Shown: positions 12,868 through 21,588 of the stretch, in pieces
How the letters are laid out: each line of letters starts with the position of its first letter
Numbering within the stretch: position 1 is the stretch's first letter
Assembly (NCBI GenBank): GCA_023426575.1
Contig: JAFAAL010000012.1
Coordinates: 2,147-66,146 of the forward strand
Origin: Bacillota bacterium
GTDB taxonomy: Bacteria > Bacillota > Clostridia > Saccharofermentanales > DTU023
Length of the DNA stretch: 64,000 bases
Direction: 5' to 3'
Notes under the pieces: model-generated
Databases searched by the model: none
What the model saw: the letters and a program-made list of their open reading frames with translations, nothing else
Told to the model about the DNA's origin: nothing
Made by a program: the position numbers and the translations under genes

Positions 12868-13020
12868 ATGAAGAGAATCACCGTTGTTCAGAAACCATGC
12901 CTCAGCAAGAAGGGCCGTACGCATGCCTGTGGCGAGTGCCAGACTTCCTGTCAGTCTGCCTGCAAGACGTCTTGCACCGTTGGCAACCAGCCCTGCGAAC
13001 ATCAGGAGGCGAAGAAGTAA
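12868..13020 (+). CDS. scfA: Six-cysteine peptide SCIFF (ranthipeptide precursor), 50 aa, absent from ORF track
   Basis: My translation: MKRITVVQKPCLSKKGRTHACGECQTSCQSACKTSCTVGNQPCEHQEAKK. The core CGECQTSCQSACKTSCTVGNQxCE is the SCIFF signature. RBS AAAGGA upstream. The stop abuts the maturase start. Confidence 0.85.
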   Translation: MKRITVVQKPCLSKKGRTHACGECQTSCQSACKTSCTVGNQPCEHQEAKK

Positions 13021-14421
13021 TTGCTGCATCAGTTCGTACTCTTTGAGAAGTGCTTCGCTTACGATTCTGAGAGCGGAGCGCTTCTTCGATTGGATCCAAT
13101 CTCGGCGCGCGTGCTCGAGCTCTTTCAGGCTTCGGGGGCTCAGATGCCTGAGCGCTCAGAGTTCTCCCGTCTTGCAAGTGAACTCGGGACATCTGAGCTT
13201 GAACTCTTAGAAATCGCCGCTGATTTTAAACATCTCATAGAGCAGGAGTATATCTTTCACCCGCCGCACTCCCTGAGTCTCGAAGAACTCTATCCCGACG
13301 GCCCACATTTCAAGGCACTCTGCCTCAATGTCTGCCATGATTGTAATATGCGCTGTCAGTACTGCTTTGCGGGGACAGGTGACTATGGCCACAAGAGGAG
13401 CATGATGTCTTATGAGACGGGCGTCCAGGCTATTGACTTTCTGATTAGAGAGTCGGGGGCGCGCAAGAATTTAGACATCGACTTCTTTGGCGGTGAGCCC
13501 ATGCTCAACTGGCGAAACGTCACGCGTCTTGTCGACTACTGTCGCCAACGTGAAATGGAGACAGGAAAAACGCTCCGTTTGACCTTGACGACGAATGCGA
13601 CACTGCTCACTGAAGATAAGCTGGACTATATCAATGAGCACTTTGCCAATGTCGTCCTCTCCATCGACGGACGTGAAGAGGTGCATAATCGCATGCGACC
13701 CCTCTGTGGCGGGCGCCCTTCTTATGCCCTGATCGTCGAGAAAATTCGCCGTTTTGTCGAGGCCAGGGGAGATCGTCCCTATTATCTCCGCGGCACTTTC
13801 ACAGCGCACAACCTCGATTTTGCTGACGATGTTTTTGCCCTGGCTCAACTCGGAGCCCAGCTATCCCTCGAGCCAGTCGTCGCTCCCCCTGAGATGGATT
13901 ACAGCCTCAGTGAGGAGGATCTTCCCGCCATCAAGGCCGAATACGAGCGGTTGGCCCAGCGTTTGGCTGAAGCGGAAGAGGCCGGGGAGAACATTAATTT
14001 CTTTCACTTCAATATCTATCTTCAGGGCGGCCCCTGCCTCTATAAGCGGGCCAAGGGCTGTGGCGTGGGGACAGAGTATTGTGCTGTCACACCTGAGGGG
14101 GATATCTATCCATGTCACCAGTTGGTCGGCGTCGAGCAATTTATCCTAGCGAATGTGGCGACTGTGGCTGAGACCGGACTCCGCAAGGACTATCTCAAGC
14201 TGTTTAAGAAACTCTTACTTCCCGACAAGCCCGCGTGCCAGGCCTGCTGGGCGCGCTATTTCTGTAGTGGCGGCTGCGCTGCCAACGCTTATTTTGCAAG
14301 TGGGGATCCAGATGGCATTTCGGAAATGAACTGTGAAATGCAAAAGAAGCGACTTGAGTTATCGCTTTGGCTGGAGAATGAGAGACAGGAGAGGAGTGCT
14401 CTCCGAGAAACGCAGGGATAA
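13021..14421 (+). CDS. scfB: SCIFF radical SAM/SPASM thioether-forming maturase
   Basis: CNMRCQYC (CX3CX2C) radical-SAM cluster motif. C-terminal SPASM Cys clusters (CGVGTEYC..YPC, CQACWARYFCSGGC). TTG start directly after the SCIFF stop. Confidence 0.88.
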   Translation: MLHQFVLFEKCFAYDSESGALLRLDPISARVLELFQASGAQMPERSEFSRLASELGTSELELLEIAADFKHLIEQEYIFHPPHSLSLEELYPDGPHFKALCLNVCHDCNMRCQYCFAGTGDYGHKRSMMSYETGVQAIDFLIRESGARKNLDIDFFGGEPMLNWRNVTRLVDYCRQREMETGKTLRLTLTTNATLLTEDKLDYINEHFANVVLSIDGREEVHNRMRPLCGGRPSYALIVEKIRRFVEARGDRPYYLRGTFTAHNLDFADDVFALAQLGAQLSLEPVVAPPEMDYSLSEEDLPAIKAEYERLAQRLAEAEEAGENINFFHFNIYLQGGPCLYKRAKGCGVGTEYCAVTPEGDIYPCHQLVGVEQFILANVATVAETGLRKDYLKLFKKLLLPDKPACQACWARYFCSGGCAANAYFASGDPDGISEMNCEMQKKRLELSLWLENERQERSALRETQG

Positions 14422-14466
14422 AGTGGGATTTGGCTTCTGACTTCGTATCTATAAGAGGGAGGACTC

Positions 14467-16425
14467 ATGGCCAAGATCATATCGCAAGCGAGTAAAGATG
14501 CCATTTTAGCAGCCTGTGATCTCGTTGATCTCGCAGGTCAGTATATAGAGTTCAAAAAACACAGTGGGGACAGCCATTGGGCCTGCTGTCCATTTCATAG
14601 CGAGAAGACACCCTCTTTTAAGGTCAGCGCGAGTCAAAAGCGCTATTATTGCTTCGGCTGCCACGCAAGTGGTGACGCCATAGAGTTTGTCCGTCAGATG
14701 GAAAGGGTTGATTTCCCGACGGCCTGCGAGCTTCTCGCAGAGCGTCTGGGCCTGCGATTGCAATACGAGAATGGCCCAGTTGATCGTGACTACGAGCTGA
14801 AGAAGCAATTAAAACTCATTCACCTCGAGGCGGCAAGACTCTTCTATCGCCAGTTGCAGAGCCCCGAAGGACGTCAAGCTCGTGATTATCTCGAGTTACA
14901 GCGCGGTCTCAGCCGCGGAATTATCCAAAAGTTTGGCCTCGGCTACGCCTCGCGTCGAGGCAATACTCTGTATCAGCATCTTCGTGACAGGGGTTTCGAG
15001 GAGGAGGCGATCATGGCCTCGGGTCTCATCAAAGAGAGTTCGCGAGGTCCTGCCGATCTCTTCTATCATCGCGTCATCTTTCCGATTTTTGACTCAGTCG
15101 GTGCTGTGATCGCTTTCGGGGGCCGGGTCTTGGACGACGGTCTGCCAAAGTATGTCAATTCTCCAGAAACCCCTATTTTCAGTAAGGGACGCGAAATATA
15201 CGCCTTAAATTTTGCCAAGAAGAGTCAGAGACTTCGGCCTAAATCTGGACCTGTGGAACTCAGACGCCAGTCAGAGCGCCCCCGCCTCATCGTCTGTGAA
15301 GGCTATCTCGACGTCCTGGCTCTAAATCAGGCGGGCTTCGACAATGTGGTGGCAGGTCTCGGGACTGCATTGACAGAGTCTCAGATTAAATATCTTCAGA
15401 GCCTCAGTCCTGAACTCAACTTGCAGCTCTGCTATGACGGCGACAAGGCGGGCCAGACGGCGGCCTTTCAGGCCATGTTGAAGATTCAAAAGACATCTGG
15501 CCAGCTGTCTATCGTCTCATTGCCTCCAGGTCTCGACCCAGACGATTACTTAAAGAAATATGGCCGTGAGCGTTTTGCGCAGCTGCTTGAGACGGCTCTT
15601 ACGCCTGTCGACTTTGTCTTAAAACTCGCCCGGCAGTCTGCCACAGATGAAGACGGCGTCATGGATGTCTATGCCTATAATGAACGCGCTCTCGATGCCA
15701 TTGCGCGCTACGAGACAGAGGCGAATTTAGAACTGCGAATTGCAAGTTTTGCCAAGGAGATGGAACTGCCCATTGAGGGCATTCGAGAAAGTGTTTATCG
15801 CTTGAGACGGCGAGTCAAATCTCGAGACAATGAGGAGCAAGCTCATCTCCCGCGCCCGGCACCCTCTGTGACCCAGGCCGAAGCTGAACGAGTACTCTAT
15901 GGTCTCATCTTTAAGCAAATCCCTCGTGAGGACTATGCCCACGTCTTTACGCTCAAGAGTTTTGCCCCGGCGATTCGCGAATTTCTCATAAGTCTTCTGA
16001 GAGAATACACGGGGGTAGAGGATCTAGAGGCAATTCAAGATCCACGCCTTTTTGAGGCGGCGATGCACCAAATTGAGGCACTGGAGCCAGTCAAGCTCTT
16101 AAGCCGCGCAGATGCTTACCACTTGGAGAATGGGCAAAAGCTCTCTGACTATCTGACCGGACTTGAACTGAGCTATGGTCTTGAGCAGATGACGGATGAA
16201 GAAAGTCGCTTCCAAGCACAGCTGGCACTCAGTGATCTCAGTGCGCAAGAGGACAGTGATCTACGCCGAGCCCTGGTTCAGAAGCTCAGCACGAGCCACG
16301 ATTACGGCCAGACGGATCAGCTGAAGACAGACTTGGCCAAGCTCCAGGCCCTGGATCTTGCCAAGCTCAAGCAATATCAAGATAAAAAAGCCACAGGAGC
16401 CAGCGCCGATGAAGAGCGCGGCTAA
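14467..16425 (+). CDS. dnaG: DNA primase
   Basis: Zinc finger CCPFHSEKTPSFKV...YYCFGCHASGD, Toprim VCEGYLDVLAL, dnaG-rpoD synteny. Confidence 0.93.
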   Translation: MAKIISQASKDAILAACDLVDLAGQYIEFKKHSGDSHWACCPFHSEKTPSFKVSASQKRYYCFGCHASGDAIEFVRQMERVDFPTACELLAERLGLRLQYENGPVDRDYELKKQLKLIHLEAARLFYRQLQSPEGRQARDYLELQRGLSRGIIQKFGLGYASRRGNTLYQHLRDRGFEEEAIMASGLIKESSRGPADLFYHRVIFPIFDSVGAVIAFGGRVLDDGLPKYVNSPETPIFSKGREIYALNFAKKSQRLRPKSGPVELRRQSERPRLIVCEGYLDVLALNQAGFDNVVAGLGTALTESQIKYLQSLSPELNLQLCYDGDKAGQTAAFQAMLKIQKTSGQLSIVSLPPGLDPDDYLKKYGRERFAQLLETALTPVDFVLKLARQSATDEDGVMDVYAYNERALDAIARYETEANLELRIASFAKEMELPIEGIRESVYRLRRRVKSRDNEEQAHLPRPAPSVTQAEAERVLYGLIFKQIPREDYAHVFTLKSFAPAIREFLISLLREYTGVEDLEAIQDPRLFEAAMHQIEALEPVKLLSRADAYHLENGQKLSDYLTGLELSYGLEQMTDEESRFQAQLALSDLSAQEDSDLRRALVQKLSTSHDYGQTDQLKTDLAKLQALDLAKLKQYQDKKATGASADEERG

Positions 16426-16440
16426 TGTCAGGAGGAAGAT

Positions 16441-17904
16441 ATGAGTTCAAAAGCAAAAAAAGAGCCCCAGGCCCCCAAGGCGGAGAATCGCGCCAAGACT
16501 TCGCAAAAGAAGTCGGGCGCTGAGCCGAAAGAGAAGAAAATTCCCGTGGAGCTCGAGGAGGATCTCGATCTCGAGCAAGACTTTGTCGATGAGGATTATG
16601 ACGACGATCTCGATGATCCTTCGGATCTGAATCTTTTACTCGATGACGATTATAGCGATTCAGATGCCGACGAGGACGATGAAGACAGCAGCTATCAGCT
16701 CAATGAGGAAAAGGCCGCAGAAGCAGAACTGCGGCGGATGGATTTTCGCAAGAAGATTGTGACAGACCTGGTCCGTAAGGCGTCGGCTAATGGTCGTAAG
16801 ATTGACCAGGGCGACGTCTTGGACTACCTCGAGAAAATGAGGCTTTCGGAAGATTTTCTCGATGATATCATCGAAGGTCTGCAGAAGGCGGGCATTATCA
16901 TTGATGACTTGCTGCCCTTTGACGACTTTGATGAGGAGGATGATGAGGACGAAGACGATCTGGAAGAGACGGATGAGGATGATGAATCGTCCGATAGCTA
17001 TCAGTTGCAGAGGCGATTGGAGGCGGATAATCTGCTTGTCGCCGCAAAGAAAAAACAAGTCTATAACGATGCGGTTCTGCTCGATGATCCCGTGCGCCTC
17101 TATCTCAAGGAGATTGGCAAAGTCGACCTGCTGACTGCCGATGAAGAGTGTGAATTGGCGGCGCGTATGGAAGCGGGGGACTGGGATGCCAAGCAACATC
17201 TCACTCAGGCCAACCTGCGCCTGGTCGTCTCAATTGCCAAGCGCTATCTCAACCGTGGATTACAGTTTCTCGACTTGATTCAGGAGGGCAATCTCGGCTT
17301 GATCAAGGCCGTCGATAAATTTGACTACCATAAGGGCTTCAAGTTTTCGACCTATGCCACCTGGTGGATTCGCCAAGCGATCACCCGTGCGATTGCAGAT
17401 CAGGCGCGGACAATTCGCATTCCTGTGCACATGGTTGAGACGATCAATAAGCTGATCCGTCATCAGCGCCAGCTCCTGCAGACGCTCGGCCGCGAGCCAG
17501 AGCCGGAAGAGATCGCCAAGGAAATGGGCATCACCGTCGAAAAGGTCCGTGAAATTATGAAGATTTCTCAAGAGCCGGTCTCCTTGGAGAAGCCGATTGG
17601 CGAGGAGGAAGACTCTCATCTTGGCGACTTCATTCCAGACGAGGATGCTCCCTCACCTGCGGATCAGGCCGCTTTTACGCTCTTGAAGGAGCAGCTGAAC
17701 GATGTTCTCAAAGAATTGACCCCGCGCGAGGAAAAAGTTCTCCGTTTGCGTTTTGGCCTCGACGATGGGCGGACAAGGACACTTGAAGAAGTGGGACGTG
17801 AGTTCAATGTCACACGTGAGCGCATCCGCCAAATTGAGGCCAAGGCCCTGAGAAAGCTCCGGCACCCCTCGAGATCGAAGAAGCTGAGAGACTGTCTTGA
17901 TTAA
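16441..17904 (+). CDS. rpoD: Primary RNA polymerase sigma factor (sigma-70/SigA) with long acidic N-terminal extension
   Basis: Region 2 [17 protein letters not shown], region 3, region 4.2 [29 protein letters not shown]-terminal ~200 aa are Lys-rich and then poly-Asp/Glu. Confidence 0.95.
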   Translation: MSSKAKKEPQAPKAENRAKTSQKKSGAEPKEKKIPVELEEDLDLEQDFVDEDYDDDLDDPSDLNLLLDDDYSDSDADEDDEDSSYQLNEEKAAEAELRRMDFRKKIVTDLVRKASANGRKIDQGDVLDYLEKMRLSEDFLDDIIEGLQKAGIIIDDLLPFDDFDEEDDEDEDDLEETDEDDESSDSYQLQRRLEADNLLVAAKKKQVYNDAVLLDDPVRLYLKEIGKVDLLTADEECELAARMEAGDWDAKQHLTQANLRLVVSIAKRYLNRGLQFLDLIQEGNLGLIKAVDKFDYHKGFKFSTYATWWIRQAITRAIADQARTIRIPVHMVETINKLIRHQRQLLQTLGREPEPEEIAKEMGITVEKVREIMKISQEPVSLEKPIGEEEDSHLGDFIPDEDAPSPADQAAFTLLKEQLNDVLKELTPREEKVLRLRFGLDDGRTRTLEEVGREFNVTRERIRQIEAKALRKLRHPSRSKKLRDCLD

Positions 17905-18604
17905 GCTTGGCCCACGTCTCATGGCGCTCGCCGCTTTACTGCCCGAGTTCAGCTCTTGCCTCTATGACATCGGCTGTGACCATGCGCAGTTGCCAATCTT
18001 TATGGTCCAGACTGGGCGCTGTGAGCGTGCGGTAGCAATAGACATCCGTGAGGGCCCACTGGCTCGCGCGGCCGCCAACTGTCAGAGGGAAGGGGTGCAA
18101 GATCAGGTCTCCTTGCTCTTAAACGATGGGCTAAGAGGAGTCCGAGTTCAAGCAAGTGACTCCATCATTATCGCTGGACTCGGGGGCCATGAGATTGGCG
18201 ATATCCTCGAAGGAATCGAGGCGCTTCCCGGGCTCGAGATCCTCGTCCAAGTCAACTGGCATTGGTGGGTGCTCCGAGAACGTGCCAGCAGCCTCGGCTA
18301 TCTGCTGAGCGCTGAAGAAATCATTGAGGACTCCGAGCGACTCTATCTCGTCCTCAAGTTGATCTATAGCGGCGTCCCTAGCACGACGACGCCGCTGGCT
18401 GACTACGTGGGCCCAGAACTCCTCTCGCGTTATCGCAAGGGGCGCGCCAGTCAGAGGGAGCTGCGCTGGCTTGAGAGACTTTATCAAATAGCATCCAAAC
18501 GGGCATGTTCTGGACGTAAAGAAGATCTCGATATCCTAAGCTCCCTCGAAAGAATAAAGGAGGACTCAGATGTTTCAGCGCGTGACAGAGAAGTCGTTTT
18601 ATAA
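17897..18604 (+). CDS. trmK: tRNA (adenine22-N1)-methyltransferase TrmK
   Basis: [15 protein letters not shown] and IIAGLGG motifs. Position after sigA as in Bacillus (yqfN). TTG start overlaps the rpoD stop. Confidence 0.8.
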   Translation: MIKLGPRLMALAALLPEFSSCLYDIGCDHAQLPIFMVQTGRCERAVAIDIREGPLARAAANCQREGVQDQVSLLLNDGLRGVRVQASDSIIIAGLGGHEIGDILEGIEALPGLEILVQVNWHWWVLRERASSLGYLLSAEEIIEDSERLYLVLKLIYSGVPSTTTPLADYVGPELLSRYRKGRASQRELRWLERLYQIASKRACSGRKEDLDILSSLERIKEDSDVSARDREVVL

Positions 18605-18704
18605 CTTGCTGAGAGAGCAAGATCTCTATTTTTCGGAAAATAGGGAGCGCTTCTCGTTTTTTGCACCCCTGTCAGCAGGTGAATGTCCCTGTGAAAGTGA
18701 GATC

Positions 18705-19514
18705 ATGCAGGCGATCGATGCCTTTGCACCTTGGCAAGTCGCGGAGGCATGGGATCCCTGCGGTCTGCAGATTGGCTATAAGACGAGGACGGTCCATGAG
18801 ATGACTGTGACACTGGACCTAAACTCGCAGCTCTGGACGGAGCCTCAGATCTCAGCGAGTGAGCTGATCCTAGCGCACCACCCCGTATTTTTCTCGCCCG
18901 TCCAGACCCTGCTCAACGAAGCAGGGGAGAGCGGCAATGTCTACCAGCTCATCCGCCAAAACCAGAGCTTTATCTCTGCGCATACCAATCTAGATCAGGC
19001 GATTTTTGGAACCTCATTTGCCATCCTCCGGACACTTTTCCCTGAGCTCTTGCCTGAAGAGATCATCCAGTCGAGTCGAGTGATCTGCCCAGATGCCGAC
19101 TGGCCTGATCTTGGTCACGGGCGGCTCTTCACCCTTGAGACAGCACTGCCCCTCGAGGTTCTCCACCGCAGCGCCAAAGAGCAGTTTCAAGTTCCAGATG
19201 CCCCCGTGCGCCCTGCTCTTGCTGCTGATCTCAAGGGACTGATTGACTGGCTGGCCATATTCCCGGGCTCCTTTGACCTGGAGATGAGCCAAAAGCTCCC
19301 TGAGACAGGGCGCGGTCTGATCGTGACAGGGGAAGCCAAGTATCACGAGCAAGTGGCTCTCTATGAGAGGGGGAGGGCCTTGATCTGCCTCGGGCACGAT
19401 GTCTCAGAGCGCGTCGCAATGCCGGTTTTAACGGCCTATCTGAGGCTCTGTTTCCCTGCTGTGGCTTTTGCCATCGATCGGGGAATTGATTATACTCTTG
19501 GCATGGCCAACTGA
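18705..19514 (+). CDS. Nif3-family dinuclear metal centre protein (YqfO-like)
   Basis: WDPCGLQIG, LILAHHPVFFSP, SAHTNLD motifs. I prefer ATG 18705 (MQAIDAFAP...). The track start 18570 would overlap trmK by 35 nt. Confidence 0.8.
   Translation: MQAIDAFAPWQVAEAWDPCGLQIGYKTRTVHEMTVTLDLNSQLWTEPQISASELILAHHPVFFSPVQTLLNEAGESGNVYQLIRQNQSFISAHTNLDQAIFGTSFAILRTLFPELLPEEIIQSSRVICPDADWPDLGHGRLFTLETALPLEVLHRSAKEQFQVPDAPVRPALAADLKGLIDWLAIFPGSFDLEMSQKLPETGRGLIVTGEAKYHEQVALYERGRALICLGHDVSERVAMPVLTAYLRLCFPAVAFAIDRGIDYTLGMAN
19468..19496 (+). promoter_or_regulatory. Putative promoter for rnpB embedded in the nif3 3' coding end
   Basis: TTGCCA (19468-19473), 17-nt spacer, TATACT (19491-19496), about 10 nt upstream of the predicted mature 5' end. 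Confidence 0.4.
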
Positions 19515-19842
19515 GCCGAGTAAGCGCGGCTCTCCTTTGAAAAGGGGAGGGCTGAGGAAAGTCCGGGCTCCCGAGACCGAGGATGCCGGGTAGTTCCCGG
19601 TGGAGGCGACTCTAAGGATAGTGCAAAAGAAAGACACCGCCGCTTTGCGGTAAGGGTGGAATGGTGAGGTAAGAGCTCACCGGCAGCCTGGCGACAGGCT
19701 GGCCCTGTAAACCCCATCCGGAGCAACACCGTGGGTGGGCCGTAATGGTCTCTAGGCCCCAGGAGGTGGCTCGAATCATGGCGTAATCCATGATCTAGAT
19801 AGATGCTTACAGAGACAGAACCCGGCTTATAGGCTCAGTTGG
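19507..19842 (+). ncRNA. rnpB: RNase P RNA (bacterial A-type architecture)
   Basis: GAGGAAAGTCCGGGCTC (19554-19570), GGTAAGGGTGGAATGGTGAGGTAAGAGCTCACC, GTAAACCCCATCCGGAGCAA, ACAGAACCCGGCTTA (19815-19829). Perfect 11-bp P1 helix 19507-19517 / 19832-19842. Close motif-by-motif resemblance to E. coli M1 RNA. Confidence 0.9.
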
Positions 19843-19860
19843 TCTTATTTGGAGGATCAT

Positions 19861-21051
19861 ATGCAGAGTGATTTTTATCAGAACAGAGGGGTTTCCGCAA
19901 GTAAAGATGAGGTCAAGGAAGCCGTCTCTCATCTCGATCAGGGATTGTTCCCAGGGGCTTTTTGTAAGATTGAGCCTGATATGGCAGGAGATCCTGAGTA
20001 CTGTTCGATTCTTCACGCCGACGGAGCGGGGACGAAGTCGAGCCTGGCCTATCTCCGCTACCGTGAGAGCGGTGACCCCAGAGTTTTTTGCGACATTGCC
20101 CAAGACTCTCTGGTGATGAATACGGACGATGTGCTCGCTGTCGGTTGTACAGGTCCCTTTTATCTCTCAAATACGATCGGTCGCAATGCCCAGCGCATTC
20201 CGGGAGAGGTCATCAATGCCGTCATTCACGGCTACCAGAAGCTCGCAGAGCGGCTCTCTACGCATGGCGTCGAAGTCTTCTTGACGGGGGGTGAGACCGC
20301 GGATGTCGGCGATCTCGTCCAGACCATTATCTGTGACTCGACGCTGGCCTGTCGGATGCGCCGCGCTGACGTCATCGATGCCAGTCACATAGGGCCAGGC
20401 CAGGTCATCGTCGGCCTCAGTTCTTATGGCCAGACCAGTTACGAAGAGCGTGAAAATTCTGGCATTGCTTCGAACGGATTGACGGCAGCGCGCCATTTGC
20501 TTCTCAATGCTCATTATCGCGAGCGCTACCCTGAGAGCTATGCGTCTTCTCTCAGTCCAAAGCTCGCCTATGTCGGTCAGTATTATCTCTCAGATGAGCT
20601 TCCCGGCAGCACCCTCTCTGTCGGGGAGGCTCTTCAATCTCCTACCAGAACCTACTTGCCCATCATAAAACCCTTCCTCGAATCTTGGCGTGAGCAGGTC
20701 TATGGCCTGATTCATAATACGGGGGGCGCTCTGACCAAGGTCCTGAGCTTTGGACAGCCTGGAACTCGTATTATTAAAGATCGGCTCTTGCCTCGACCGC
20801 CCATCTTCCAAGCGCTGGCCGCACAGCCGGACATGAGTGCTCGCGAGCTCTACCAAGTCTTCAACATGGGGCAGCTCTTTGAGGTCTATTGCAGCCAAGA
20901 AGCTGCCACTGCGCTGATTGAAATAGCTTCGAGCTTCGATTGTCAGGCCCAGATCATCGGGCGCACCGAGGACTGCGCGCGCGGACAGAAAGAATTGATC
21001 ATCCGCGACCAAGCTGAAGAGTACTTCTACCAGGTGATTTGCAATCGCTAA
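19861..21051 (+). CDS. purM: Phosphoribosylformylglycinamidine cyclo-ligase (AIR synthase), long ~390-aa form
   Basis: GGAGG 5 nt before ATG 19861. YQNRGVSASKDEV...GLFPGAFCKI...HADGAGTKS...GGETADVGDL...NMG. Matches my recollection of the Bacteroides-type PurM along its length. Confidence 0.75.
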   Translation: MQSDFYQNRGVSASKDEVKEAVSHLDQGLFPGAFCKIEPDMAGDPEYCSILHADGAGTKSSLAYLRYRESGDPRVFCDIAQDSLVMNTDDVLAVGCTGPFYLSNTIGRNAQRIPGEVINAVIHGYQKLAERLSTHGVEVFLTGGETADVGDLVQTIICDSTLACRMRRADVIDASHIGPGQVIVGLSSYGQTSYEERENSGIASNGLTAARHLLLNAHYRERYPESYASSLSPKLAYVGQYYLSDELPGSTLSVGEALQSPTRTYLPIIKPFLESWREQVYGLIHNTGGALTKVLSFGQPGTRIIKDRLLPRPPIFQALAAQPDMSARELYQVFNMGQLFEVYCSQEAATALIEIASSFDCQAQIIGRTEDCARGQKELIIRDQAEEYFYQVICNR

Positions 21052-21067
21052 TATATATTGCTAACGA

Positions 21068-21095
21068 TTGAAAATTATTTTAGATCAAGTATAAT
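21068..21095 (+). promoter_or_regulatory. Putative sigma-A promoter of the ytxH-like gene
   Basis: TTGAAA (21068-21073), 16-nt spacer, TATAAT (21090-21095), in an AT-rich gap after purM. Confidence 0.5.
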
Positions 21096-21134
21096 AAGCC
21101 TAAACTGTTATACAGTTTCTGAAAGGAGAAAATT

Positions 21135-21527
21135 ATGTATCAACGTTTTTATGATTTTTTAGGTGTCGTCGGCAAGAAACAATCAAATAGCAAGGTCGCC
21201 ATCGGCTTCCTCTCAGGCGTTCTCGCTGGTGCTACCGCTGGTCTCCTCTTTGCCCCCCAGAGTGGTAAGGAGACTCGTGAAGACATCGCCAAGGCCGCAG
21301 AGCAGGCACGTGATAAGGTTCAGGATGGCCTCGAAAAGGCCAAGGACACCGCGGTTCGTCACGCTGAGTCCCTGAAGGCGAACATCCAACAGGCGACAGC
21401 TGAGGTTCAGGCCAAGGCCAAAAATGTTGCCGACACAAGTCAAGACGTCGCCCGAGTCGTTGCCGAAGATATCAAAAAGGCCAAGGACGAGATCAAGGAA
21501 GACGTTAAAAACGAAGTCAAGAAATAA
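21135..21527 (+). CDS. YtxH-domain general-stress-type protein
   Basis: N-terminal TM segment followed by LFAPQSGKETREDI and a long Ala/Lys/Glu coiled region. RBS AAAGGAG. Confidence 0.7.
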   Translation: MYQRFYDFLGVVGKKQSNSKVAIGFLSGVLAGATAGLLFAPQSGKETREDIAKAAEQARDKVQDGLEKAKDTAVRHAESLKANIQQATAEVQAKAKNVADTSQDVARVVAEDIKKAKDEIKEDVKNEVKK

Positions 21528-21588
21528 TCTCTGACCGTGTTGCTCCTCTCTGACTAAGAGAGGAGCTTTCTCTAGATAAGGAGACAAG

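Noticed and set aside
16560-17000. GAT/GAG/GAC-rich repetitive DNA that could look like a tandem repeat or array
   Set aside because: It is in frame within rpoD and encodes the poly-Asp/Glu region. There is no spacer/repeat periodicity, so it is not CRISPR-like.
18570-18704. Upstream start (ATG 18570) for the Nif3-family gene
   Set aside because: It would add 45 non-conserved residues and overlap trmK by 35 nt. Nif3 proteins normally begin close to the ...A..WDP.GLQ.G segment that follows ATG 18705. It is kept only as an alternative.
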